DNA of 36,399 nucleotides from Candidatus Nanoarchaeia archaeon (GTDB lineage Archaea > Nanobdellota > Nanobdellia > UBA10117): positions 1 to 36,399 of the forward strand of contig JBMFNW010000003.1 of NCBI GenBank assembly GCA_049969975.1. Reading direction: 5' to 3'. The notes under the pieces are model-generated. The model searched no databases and was not told the origin of the DNA. It saw only the letters and a list, made by a program, of their open reading frames with translations. The translations under genes were made by a program, and so were the position numbers. Below, piece after piece: positions 1-8,910 of this stretch (positions are counted from its first letter, which is position 1; each line of letters opens with the position of its first letter).

Positions 1-147
1 AAGCTTGTTTTCCCAAATTTGTTGATTTGCACTGAATGCACCAAAAGGAACCCAATGAAAGCTGTACGAAATCATTACAATCAACACAAGCAAAAGCAAA
101 ACTATTATGCTTGGCGAAATTTTAATTTTAAATTTCTTAGTGGCCAT
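1..147 (-). CDS. 5' part of a secreted or membrane-anchored protein, running off the window start
   Basis: Manual translation from ATG at 147 gives MATKKFKIKISPSIIVLLLLVLIVMISYSFHWVPFGAFSANQQIWENKL, open to position 1. It has a basic N-terminus followed by a hydrophobic helix and is divergent from mre11. Not in the ORF track. Confidence 0.65.
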   Translation of the reverse strand, partial: MATKKFKIKISPSIIVLLLLVLIVMISYSFHWVPFGAFSANQQIWENKL

Positions 148-231
148 TACTTCATAGTATTGGATTATTATATTTTTAAAGCTTATGACTCTATTTAGCA
201 ATTTTAGAAGCAATTGTGAGATAAAATTAAG

Positions 232-245
232 GTAAAAATTATAAG
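232..245 (+). promoter_or_regulatory. BRE/TATA promoter of mre11-rad50 (leaderless)
   Basis: A-rich tract then TTTATAAG (238-245), about 22 nt before the ATG at 267. Confidence 0.5.
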
Positions 246-266
246 CCTTTCTGCAAAATTTATTTC

Positions 267-1502
267 ATGAAAATAGCATTTATATCAGACTTACATTTAG
301 GGTTTAATGGCGAGGAAAGTTTTGCAAATGCCGAACAAGCATTCAATCTTGCGTTAAAAGAAAAACCAGATCTTATACTTATAGGAGGAGATATATTTCA
401 TGAGAAAACACCAAAACAAGAAATCATAGGCCAAGCAATAGATCTTTTTGTCAAAGTTAATAAAGAACTAAAAAAAGTTTTGCTCCTCCAAAAAATCGAT
501 AAAGAAAAGAAAAAAATAGAAGAAAAACAACTAATATGCCCTATAATAGGGATTTGGGGAACACATGAGAGAAGGCACGCAGATGCTTTGAATCCAGCAC
601 AAATTTTAGAAAAAGCAGGCTTGATTTACTTACTTCATGCAGAATCAATTCTTGTTGAAGTTGGCTATGAAAAAATCGGCATACATGGCCTCTCCGGCGT
701 GCCTGAAGATTATGCTAAAGATGCTTTAAAGGCTTGGAGCCCAATACCTTTTAATGGCTGCTATAATATTTTATTAATACATCAAAATTTGGCAGAACTT
801 ATGCCAATAGAAAGTAATGCAATTTCATTTAATGATTTGCCAGATGGATTTGACTATTATTTGGCCGGCCATTTTCATTGGCGTTACGAAGATGAGCATC
901 CTAAAAATACATTCCCAATATTAATTCCCGGCTCCACAATAATAACACAACTTAGTCAAAAAGAGGCGCGTTCAGAAAAAGGATTTTTTATATTAGATTT
1001 ACCGCCAAACAAAACACTTCAAAGCTATACTTTTAAAAAAATTAAAACAAGACCAGCACATTATTGCACAATTGAAGTTGAAAACAAAAAACCTGCTGAA
1101 GTGCAAAATATAATATACGAAACAATAGAAAAAATTCTTTCAATTCAAAATAGTTCAGAAAATAATCAAGAAATACCAATAATAAAAGTTAAACTAAAAG
1201 GAAAGCTTTCGAAAGGTTTTACAACAGCAGATCTGAATTTTTCACAAATATACAAAGATTTTTCACAGAAAGCGATATTAGAAATAGACAAAACCGATTT
1301 GACTTCTGAAGAAGGTGAAGAAAAAGCGAGTTTATTGCGTGAACTAAAAGATAAAAAATTATCAATAGAACAATTCGGCTTAGAGTTGATAAGAAAAAAT
1401 TTGCCAAATCAAATATCTATTACTAAATTAGAAAATTTGTTTAATTTTTTGGCTGAAGAAGAATTAGAAAAAGCCGAACAACTTTTAGAAAATGATCAAT
1501 AA
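267..1502 (+). CDS. mre11: DNA double-strand break repair nuclease Mre11
   Basis: Metallophosphoesterase motifs SDLHLG, GGDIFH, GTHE (GNHD variant), LIHQ and AGHFH. Overlaps the rad50 start. Confidence 0.93.
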   Translation: MKIAFISDLHLGFNGEESFANAEQAFNLALKEKPDLILIGGDIFHEKTPKQEIIGQAIDLFVKVNKELKKVLLLQKIDKEKKKIEEKQLICPIIGIWGTHERRHADALNPAQILEKAGLIYLLHAESILVEVGYEKIGIHGLSGVPEDYAKDALKAWSPIPFNGCYNILLIHQNLAELMPIESNAISFNDLPDGFDYYLAGHFHWRYEDEHPKNTFPILIPGSTIITQLSQKEARSEKGFFILDLPPNKTLQSYTFKKIKTRPAHYCTIEVENKKPAEVQNIIYETIEKILSIQNSSENNQEIPIIKVKLKGKLSKGFTTADLNFSQIYKDFSQKAILEIDKTDLTSEEGEEKASLLRELKDKKLSIEQFGLELIRKNLPNQISITKLENLFNFLAEEELEKAEQLLENDQ

Positions 1503-3777
1503 AATCGCTCTTTGGAATTGGAAATCGCACTCAAAAACAGAGCTAACATTTACAAAAGGAATAAATGTGCTTATTGGCCCAATGGGTAGTGGCAAATCTT
1601 CAATTTTTCAAGGTATTTGTTATGCTTTATTTGGCTCAATACCAGAAATTAAAAAACATGAAGTAAAAACAATAGAACTTATAAAAAGAAATTCGATGGG
1701 GCCTGCAAAAATTGAGTTGGAACTAACAAACGGTGAAAAAAAATTCATAATAACAAGAATTCTAAGTCAAAACAAAACAGAAGCCACAGTACGAGATGGA
1801 GACGGCGTGCTGCTTGCCGGCACAAATTCTACGCAAGTTAATGCTTTCTTAAAAAATCAATTAAAATTAGATGAAGATGTATTTCTAAGAACTGTATATG
1901 CTAAACAAAATGAAATTGATTTATTCTTACAACTAACGCCGCAAGATAGAAAAACTAGACTCGATGAATTAATGTCCTTAGATAAATACGAATCTGCTAG
2001 AAAATCTTGTGTCAAACTAATAAATAATTTGATGATTAAAAAGGATGAAAATGTGAAACATTTAGAGGCAATACCTATTGATAAAATAAAACAAGAACGC
2101 TACTTTTTAGAAAAAGAAATTGAAAAAATTAAAGCTGAAAAAGAAGGGCTTGTAAAGGAATATGCAGAAATAAGCTTAAAAAAACAAAACACCGAAACGA
2201 AATTAAAAAATCTTAAGCTCGAATTTGAAGCATTTGAAAGACTCGAAGCTGAAAAAAATGTTTTGGTTTCTCAAACAAATGAAATAAATTTGAAATTAAG
2301 TGGAAAAGAAAATTTACAAAAAAATGAACTTATTGAACAAAGAAATGCATTACAAAGTGAATTAGACTTAATCGAAAGCCAAAAAATAAATATAAATAAG
2401 ATAAGAAATGACATATTTGCTCAAAGCATTAATTCAGAAAAAGAGCTTGGCTTTGTTGAAAGCAAACTTGCAGATACAGAATTATTACTTGAACAAATAG
2501 CTATTGCTGCTGACGAACTTGAAAAACTAAACAAAAGTATTGGAGTGCAAGATCTTGGTGCAGAATTAGAAAAGCTACGAAATGATATTAAAAATTGTGA
2601 CATGGAATTAGCTTCTAAAGAGTCTGAAATAAAGTTAGCAAAAAAACATTTAGAAGAACTAAAATCTGCTACTGGTGTTTGTCCTGTTTGTCTTAGAGCC
2701 TTAGAAGAAGGTACAAAAAAACAACTTATTGCAGCAATAGAAGACAATTTATTAAAACTAGCCAATACGCTAGAAGCAATAAGAAAAGAAAAGCAAGAAT
2801 TAGAAAATAAATATGAAGAATTTAGCAATGCAGCCGAAAAAAGTAAAGAATTGATGCGCGAGTTAAGTAAAAAAGAAGATCTTTTAAAACAAAAAGCTGA
2901 GCTCCAAAAAAGATACGAATCTTTAAGTAAAATTAAAGAAGAGCTTGCTGAGAAAAAAAATCAAGTAGAAGCACAATTAAAAGAACTTGAAACAAAGCTA
3001 TCTGAGCTTAGAGTTAAACTAATTGAGTTGGGAGAACTTTTGCGTTTAGCAGATTTACAAGTGCAAAAAGAGCAAAATTTGAAAAGATTGGAAGAAATAA
3101 ATCAAAAATTGAGCCAAAAGCCTTCAAAGCAAAGATTAGAAGAGGCTGAAGAAGAGTACAAAAATTTAATTTCAAAATACGAAGAGCTAAAATCTAGAAT
3201 TAATTCTATAAATTATATAATTGAAGAAAAAAATAAAAGACTAAATGATTTACTAGCACAAGAAGAGCACATAGCAAAAATTGAGCTTGAAATTAAAAAA
3301 TTACAATCCAAAATAGAATTTTTGCAACAATTAAGAAGTGCACTACTCGTAGCCCAAGAGCAACTTAGAAAAGAACTTCTACAATCGGTAAATGAGTTAA
3401 TGGAAAAAATATGGATTTTGCTTTATCCTTATCAAAAGTGGTCTTCAATAAGACTTTCTGCAAATGAAACAGATTATTCTTTAGAGCTCCGAACTCCTGA
3501 CGGCGTATGGATGCCTGTAATAGGTTTTGCATCTGGCGGCGAAAGGATGCTTGCTGCACTCACATTAAGATTGGCTTTTGCCAAAATTCTTTCTGAATTC
3601 GACATTTTAATTTTAGACGAACCAACACACAATTTAGATAGTGCTGCCATAGAAACTTTTATTTCGGCATTACAAGAAAAACATTCTGAATTTTTAGTAA
3701 ACCAATTATTTATTGTAACACACGAAGAGAGACTTGCCGAAGTTGGAGATAAAGTAATTAAGTTAGATGGCAGTTAA
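1492..3777 (+). CDS. rad50: DNA double-strand break repair ATPase Rad50
   Basis: Walker A GPMGSGKS, Q-loop YAKQNEI, long coiled coil with central CPVC zinc hook, signature ASGGE, Walker B/D-loop ILILDEPTHNLD, H-loop VTHE. Confidence 0.95.
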   Translation: MINKIALWNWKSHSKTELTFTKGINVLIGPMGSGKSSIFQGICYALFGSIPEIKKHEVKTIELIKRNSMGPAKIELELTNGEKKFIITRILSQNKTEATVRDGDGVLLAGTNSTQVNAFLKNQLKLDEDVFLRTVYAKQNEIDLFLQLTPQDRKTRLDELMSLDKYESARKSCVKLINNLMIKKDENVKHLEAIPIDKIKQERYFLEKEIEKIKAEKEGLVKEYAEISLKKQNTETKLKNLKLEFEAFERLEAEKNVLVSQTNEINLKLSGKENLQKNELIEQRNALQSELDLIESQKININKIRNDIFAQSINSEKELGFVESKLADTELLLEQIAIAADELEKLNKSIGVQDLGAELEKLRNDIKNCDMELASKESEIKLAKKHLEELKSATGVCPVCLRALEEGTKKQLIAAIEDNLLKLANTLEAIRKEKQELENKYEEFSNAAEKSKELMRELSKKEDLLKQKAELQKRYESLSKIKEELAEKKNQVEAQLKELETKLSELRVKLIELGELLRLADLQVQKEQNLKRLEEINQKLSQKPSKQRLEEAEEEYKNLISKYEELKSRINSINYIIEEKNKRLNDLLAQEEHIAKIELEIKKLQSKIEFLQQLRSALLVAQEQLRKELLQSVNELMEKIWILLYPYQKWSSIRLSANETDYSLELRTPDGVWMPVIGFASGGERMLAALTLRLAFAKILSEFDILILDEPTHNLDSAAIETFISALQEKHSEFLVNQLFIVTHEERLAEVGDKVIKLDGS

Positions 3778-4019
3778 TTTAACTTAAGTTAATTTTAATT
3801 TAATTTTAAGCAGAAATAATAATTTTTATATTGTTTAAAAGTTCGGCTATAATTTGTGCATTTTTAACAATTGTTATAATTATGTTTAGAAGTAACATTT
3901 ATTCAACACCCCTCGCAGAGGTTTGTTGCATAATTAAAAATTTAAAAAAATGCTTTAAAAAGCTTTTGTTTTTCAATCAATCAAAAAATTAAATTAAAAA
4001 ATTAAAATTTAAGAAAAAA

Positions 4020-4262
4020 CTAAGAATTAATTTCGCTCAAAATTCGTGCAATTTCTTTCAAAATTTCTGGTTCTTTTGGAAGTGCGATGCTTTGTTTAAA
4101 ACGCTTTGTTGTGCCATCAGGCATGAAAAAGCCCTTACTTATGGCAACAAATTCGTTTTCGCCTTCCTCTGTTTTCGCAATTTTACGGGCAATTTCTATA
4201 AAGGAGTTTCGCCCAAATTTTACTTCTTCTGCTTTTATTGTTTGGTATTCTACTCTTGCCAT
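4020..4262 (-). CDS. Small protein, possible PC4/PUR-like single-stranded nucleic-acid-binding fold
   Basis: 80 aa with a beta-strand-rich pattern (FIEIARK, EFVAISKGF, KRFKQSIALP) and one C-terminal helix. TTTAAA TATA-like box about 40 nt upstream. Fold call is inference. Confidence 0.6.
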   Translation of the reverse strand: MARVEYQTIKAEEVKFGRNSFIEIARKIAKTEEGENEFVAISKGFFMPDGTTKRFKQSIALPKEPEILKEIARILSEINS

Positions 4263-4356
4263 TTTCCTTTTCTCCTTTCTGCTTCAAAAAGGAAAGCTTC
4301 AAATTTAAAAGGTTTTCTTAACTTTTGTTTTTAAAAGTTAGATAAAGATTTGAGAT

Positions 4357-4887
4357 TTAAGGACAATTTTTAAGAAAATATCTTCCTATGCAAGGTTTCT
4401 CGAAACGCATTTCTAGAGATTTATTTTCAATAGAAATTGTTAATAAATCATCAAACAAAGGCATAGATTCAATGAGCTTTTCAAGATAAGAAGTAGGACA
4501 TTTAAATTCAGCATCGTCTATTCTTATAATTCCATCACAAATAAGTTCATTGAATTCATTAGGCCAAAGTTTTTTTGTTTTTACTTTACAAACATCAAAT
4601 ACATAATTTTTCAAAGAAAGCGCTTGTCTAACGTTTTCGCTTGAATAAAGTTCGGGTACTTCTGGCTGTCCAATATAATTTAATGTCGTAATAAAGTAAC
4701 TTTCTTGCATTTTCACAGGCAAGTGAAGTTCCATACGAGCTTTATATGGATTAGTAGCAGAAATTTTATTACTCTCTAATTCTACATAAACATTATTTTT
4801 ATCGCCTTTCGGACAAACAAGTTCTAACAAATTTAAAACATATTTGTTTGCATTGATGCTATATTTTTTAGTAAGTACTACTTCCAT
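4357..4887 (-). CDS. Hypothetical protein with weak sliding-clamp (PCNA-like) similarity
   Basis: 176 aa, 24 nt downstream of rpl30e. Segments ATNPYKARMELHLP and SYLEKLIESMPLFDDLLTISIENKSLEMRFEKPCIGRYFL resemble PCNA N- and C-terminal patterns by eye. Confidence 0.45.
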   Translation of the reverse strand: MEVVLTKKYSINANKYVLNLLELVCPKGDKNNVYVELESNKISATNPYKARMELHLPVKMQESYFITTLNYIGQPEVPELYSSENVRQALSLKNYVFDVCKVKTKKLWPNEFNELICDGIIRIDDAEFKCPTSYLEKLIESMPLFDDLLTISIENKSLEMRFEKPCIGRYFLKNCP

Positions 4888-4911
4888 TTCATTTGCTTTT
4901 GGGATTCTTTT

Positions 4912-5169
4912 TTACGTTTTAATTATTCCAAGAACTGTTGGCTTAAAGCCAAGTTTTAATTGGCTTGAAAGTTGTTCTGCATTTATTGGTAGCTCTACAA
5001 TTTCAACATCTGCTAGCTTTGCCAAATTTTTTAATTCAATTTTATATTTGCTTAGACAATTCGTCACAATATAAATTTTCTGCAAATTTCCGGCAACCAG
5101 TGCGCGTCGTACTTCTCTAAAGCCATGCAAGACTTTTTTTTCAGCCAAAGCTTTAATTAGTTGCTCCAT
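4912..5169 (-). CDS. rpl30e: Ribosomal protein eL30 (L7Ae/L30e family)
   Basis: KKVLHGFREVRRAL, IYIVTNC and QLSSQLKLGFKPTVLGI fit the family. Canonical position directly after rpo1C. Confidence 0.8.
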   Translation of the reverse strand: MEQLIKALAEKKVLHGFREVRRALVAGNLQKIYIVTNCLSKYKIELKNLAKLADVEIVELPINAEQLSSQLKLGFKPTVLGIIKT

Positions 5170-5170
5170 T

Positions 5171-6391
5171 TTATTTCTTTTCCCTCGTCATTTTAACATA
5201 TAAGCCTGGAAGACCTGTTCCGATTGGCGCTGGCTGGTTTATTAAAATATTTTCAATTACTGAAGAAAGCTTGTCTCGTTCCCCAGACAGCGAAGCATCC
5301 ACCAAATGGCTAAGCGGTATTTCAAATGCTGCGCGAGCAAGCACAGACGGCCTTTGAGAAATAATGCCGTGCCTAGTTATACCTTGTACAGTTCCACTAA
5401 CACACATTAAATCTGCGACAAGAGCAATGTGCCTATAATCTACATCAATACCTTGCTCTTGTAAAACATACATAACTTCATTTATTATAGCATTTCTAGC
5501 AGCTTCTATTCCCAATACTTTTGCTATCTCTAAAATATTATTTGTTGTCGTTCTAACAGGATCTACTTCATCTAAAATTAAAATATCTTTTAAATTGCTA
5601 CCAAATGTTTGTACTGCATATTCTGCGTATTCTTCGGTGTCCTCTAAATAAGTTAATGTTTTCAAAACATCTTGGCTAAACATTTTTTCTGCATCGCTTT
5701 TCAAATATTTTCTGTAGATTGGAAGCGTATCTGAAATTCCCTTCACGCCGCCGACTACAACATCTTTTAACTTTTCTTTCAATCTGTAAATTTTTTTAAT
5801 GTTTTGTTCTTTTGGCTTAATAATTAATTTTTTTCCATCAAGTTGAACATCTAACTTAAGTTGTTTTTGGAGAACAGTTGCTACTTCACTCGGACTAATT
5901 CCATGCACATCTAATTCTTCTTTTTCTAAATCAACAGTAATTGTGAAGTTTGAAAAGTTCAAAGAAATTTCTTTTGCAAGCTCGGATAGATTTACTTGTT
6001 TTATTTTCCTTGCAAATGCTTCTGCAGATGCTCTGCTCTTGTTGTGCGGCCGCTTTAAGTAAATAGTCATCGAAGGTGTTTTTGGCTCTTTTCTAGCATC
6101 AAAAATCTCTATAATTCTTGGCAAGCCAAGCGTTACATTAAGTTCTGCTACGCCAACAAAATGGTGTGTTCGAAGAGTCATTTGTGTACCAGGCTCACCA
6201 ATTGATTGTGCGGCTACAAGACCAACAGCTTCGCCAGGATCTATTTGAGCATTAAGATATGCCTGCATTGCTTGAGCAAAAAGTTTCTCTCTATCTGCAG
6301 CAGAAAGTTTTTCTGCTTTTTTGCTCAAAGCTTTTTGTACTTCTTCAGGCAATACTGTTTGTATCCAATCTTCTCGAAGCTCTTCAGTCAT
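5171..6391 (-). CDS. rpo1C: DNA-directed RNA polymerase subunit Rpo1C (A'')
   Basis: [24 protein letters not shown] trigger-loop region, [33 protein letters not shown]. Confidence 0.97.
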   Translation of the reverse strand: MTEELREDWIQTVLPEEVQKALSKKAEKLSAADREKLFAQAMQAYLNAQIDPGEAVGLVAAQSIGEPGTQMTLRTHHFVGVAELNVTLGLPRIIEIFDARKEPKTPSMTIYLKRPHNKSRASAEAFARKIKQVNLSELAKEISLNFSNFTITVDLEKEELDVHGISPSEVATVLQKQLKLDVQLDGKKLIIKPKEQNIKKIYRLKEKLKDVVVGGVKGISDTLPIYRKYLKSDAEKMFSQDVLKTLTYLEDTEEYAEYAVQTFGSNLKDILILDEVDPVRTTTNNILEIAKVLGIEAARNAIINEVMYVLQEQGIDVDYRHIALVADLMCVSGTVQGITRHGIISQRPSVLARAAFEIPLSHLVDASLSGERDKLSSVIENILINQPAPIGTGLPGLYVKMTREKK

Positions 6392-8910
6392 TCTATACCC
6401 CCTCCGCGAGATTTGGAAACATCAATATTATCATCTCCAAAGGCAAATTGTATTATTTTTTCTCCAGAGTCTCTGACAGTTCCATCATATTCAGACTTCA
6501 AATTTTGCAGTGCGTTAATCAATCTTCTTTGCAAATAGCCCGATGTTGGAGTTCGAACTGCTGTATCGATGAGCGAGTCACGCCCAACTACAGCATTCCA
6601 CCACATTTCAACAGGATCCATACCACCACCATAACTGTTTGCTATAAAACCTCTTGCACGCGCACTCAAATCGCCTTTTTTAAAACAGCTAAGAGGTCTT
6701 TGTAAATATCCAACATGAATTCTTTTACCGCGTAATGCTTGCTGGCCAACAAAACCCGAAATCTGAGCAAGATTAAATAGGCCTGCTAAACCGGCCCTTG
6801 CCATCAAAACAAGCATGTTGCCTTCGGTTGCTTCTTTCTCTACAATTTGACCTACTGGTGCTCTTAGCTTATTTAAAGTGTAAAGGATTTTTGCTTCGAC
6901 TGTTTCTCTCAAGCTCTTTCCCGGCAAAGGTACTATTTTCTTTGCTTTGTAATCGCGTAGTATGGCTTTTACTTCTTTTTCTCCTTCTGCAACAAGTTCT
7001 TTGATTTTTTCAGTTGCTTTTTGAGACAATTTTAAGTCTGAGAAAGAGAAAGTATAAGGAAACTTTCGTACCATTTCAAGTCCTAATTTAATAAAAGCAT
7101 TCAAAATTTGCTTTGTTCGCTCTGGACCGTAGCGCAAATATATCTCTTGTAACAAATAACCTTGTTCAGGACCAAGAGCTTTTTCAGATACAGTACCAGA
7201 AATGAGCTGTCCTTTTTTAATAACTAAGCCTGCCCCTTCATAATCAAAATCTTCTGGCAAGACTGCAGAAAAGATTTGCTTTCCAGACCAAGCATCTTTT
7301 TTGGCAGGCTTTGGCAAGCTCTTTAAACCTGCGGCAACGATTAAATCTGCTGCTTGCTCTTTCTTTAAGAATGTACCTTCTTTTGTGAGTAAATAAAGAC
7401 CTATTAGTGCATCCTCAACAACACCAATAATGCTTGCACCATATCGTGGTGTTATGACATGGTTTATGAGTGAAAGTAAGTGTTTTGCTTCAGCTCTTGC
7501 CTCTTCTGTTTGCGGCACATGAATATTCATTTCATCGCCATCAAAGTCTGCATTGTATGGTCTACAAACACATGGATTAATTCTAAGAGAGCGTGTTGGA
7601 ACAATTTTGACATAGTGTGCCATTAAGCTTAATCTGTGTAGACTCGGCTGCCTGTTGAATAAAACAACATCGCCAGGCAACAAATGTCTTTCAACAACCC
7701 AGCCAGGCTGAAGCTCTGCTAAAATTTGTTCTTTTGTATCATCTGTTATTTTTTTCCTTTTGCCTTCATCCGTAATTATGTATGTTGCACCGGGCCATTC
7801 TGGTGCTCTCTTTATCAAATCTTTTAACCATTTAATATTCCACTCTGTTACAGTTTCTGGAACTGTTAGCTCGCGAGCAACATCTATTGGCACGCCAACT
7901 TCATCTATGCTTAAATACGGATCTGGCGTAATAACAGATCTAGCACAAAAATTTACTCTTTTGCCAATCAAATTATGTCTAAACCTGCCTTCTTTACCTT
8001 TAAGCCTTTCAGCAATAGACTTTAACGGCCTGCCAGAACGATGCCTTGCAACAGGTACTTGCGCAATAGAATTGTCAAAATATGTTGTCACATGATATTG
8101 CAGCAAATCCCAAAGATCTTCAATAATTATTTCTGGAGCGCCAGCATTTATATTTTCCATTAAACGCAAATTTACTCTAATAATGTCTGAGAGTTTGTGC
8201 GTAAGATCGTCTTCCGAACGTTCGCCAGTTAGAAGAGTTATAGACGGCCTTGTTGTAATTGGTGGAACTAAAAGGTGTGTTAAAATGAGCCACTCTGGTC
8301 TTGCATCTTGTCCATACATACCAAACAGCTCTAAATCTTCATCAGGTATTTTTTCCAATCTTTCTCTTATTTCTGTAGGCCAAAGTCTTCGACCGTTTTC
8401 GAAAAAACTATAAGGTTTTTCGAATTTGATTTCTGGTGCAGGCTCTTTGCAAAAAGGACATTTTTTAGAGCGCCTGATTTGTGTAAAGCAAATCTTTACA
8501 GTTCTTTTTAACTCATCGATATTATTTTTAGATTTTGCTGCTCTAATTTTTTCTTTCCATGTTTCGATTTTCTCTGGAGGTAAAAGAACTCTACCACAAG
8601 CCTTACAAGTTCCTCTTAAAAGATTATAAATGTGGCTGACAAAAAGAATATGTATTATAGGTTTAGCTAATTGTATGTAGCCGAAATGTCCTTGGCACGT
8701 TCGAAGTCGCCCACCGCAAACCTTACACCTTAAACCTGGATCTATGACACCCATTGAAAGATCCATTAACCCTTTTTCTACTGGATAACCATCTGCATCA
8801 TAAAGTTCAGGCGTACTTACGGCTACGGTTGCGATTCTTTTTATCATTGCTGGCGATACTATGCCAAATGCAATTTCAGATATTTTCTTAGTAATTATTG
8901 GCTCTGCCAT
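6388..8910 (-). CDS. rpo1N: DNA-directed RNA polymerase subunit Rpo1N (A')
   Basis: Catalytic [11 protein letters not shown], clamp zinc motifs CKVC...CQGHFG and CKAC...[12 protein letters not shown], bridge helix [16 protein letters not shown]. Confidence 0.98.
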   Translation of the reverse strand: MAEPIITKKISEIAFGIVSPAMIKRIATVAVSTPELYDADGYPVEKGLMDLSMGVIDPGLRCKVCGGRLRTCQGHFGYIQLAKPIIHILFVSHIYNLLRGTCKACGRVLLPPEKIETWKEKIRAAKSKNNIDELKRTVKICFTQIRRSKKCPFCKEPAPEIKFEKPYSFFENGRRLWPTEIRERLEKIPDEDLELFGMYGQDARPEWLILTHLLVPPITTRPSITLLTGERSEDDLTHKLSDIIRVNLRLMENINAGAPEIIIEDLWDLLQYHVTTYFDNSIAQVPVARHRSGRPLKSIAERLKGKEGRFRHNLIGKRVNFCARSVITPDPYLSIDEVGVPIDVARELTVPETVTEWNIKWLKDLIKRAPEWPGATYIITDEGKRKKITDDTKEQILAELQPGWVVERHLLPGDVVLFNRQPSLHRLSLMAHYVKIVPTRSLRINPCVCRPYNADFDGDEMNIHVPQTEEARAEAKHLLSLINHVITPRYGASIIGVVEDALIGLYLLTKEGTFLKKEQAADLIVAAGLKSLPKPAKKDAWSGKQIFSAVLPEDFDYEGAGLVIKKGQLISGTVSEKALGPEQGYLLQEIYLRYGPERTKQILNAFIKLGLEMVRKFPYTFSFSDLKLSQKATEKIKELVAEGEKEVKAILRDYKAKKIVPLPGKSLRETVEAKILYTLNKLRAPVGQIVEKEATEGNMLVLMARAGLAGLFNLAQISGFVGQQALRGKRIHVGYLQRPLSCFKKGDLSARARGFIANSYGGGMDPVEMWWNAVVGRDSLIDTAVRTPTSGYLQRRLINALQNLKSEYDGTVRDSGEKIIQFAFGDDNIDVSKSRGGGIE

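Noticed and set aside
3778-4019. AT-rich spacer as a replication origin
   Set aside because: No repeated ORB-like boxes and no cdc6/orc1 nearby. Similar AT-rich spacers occur throughout the window.
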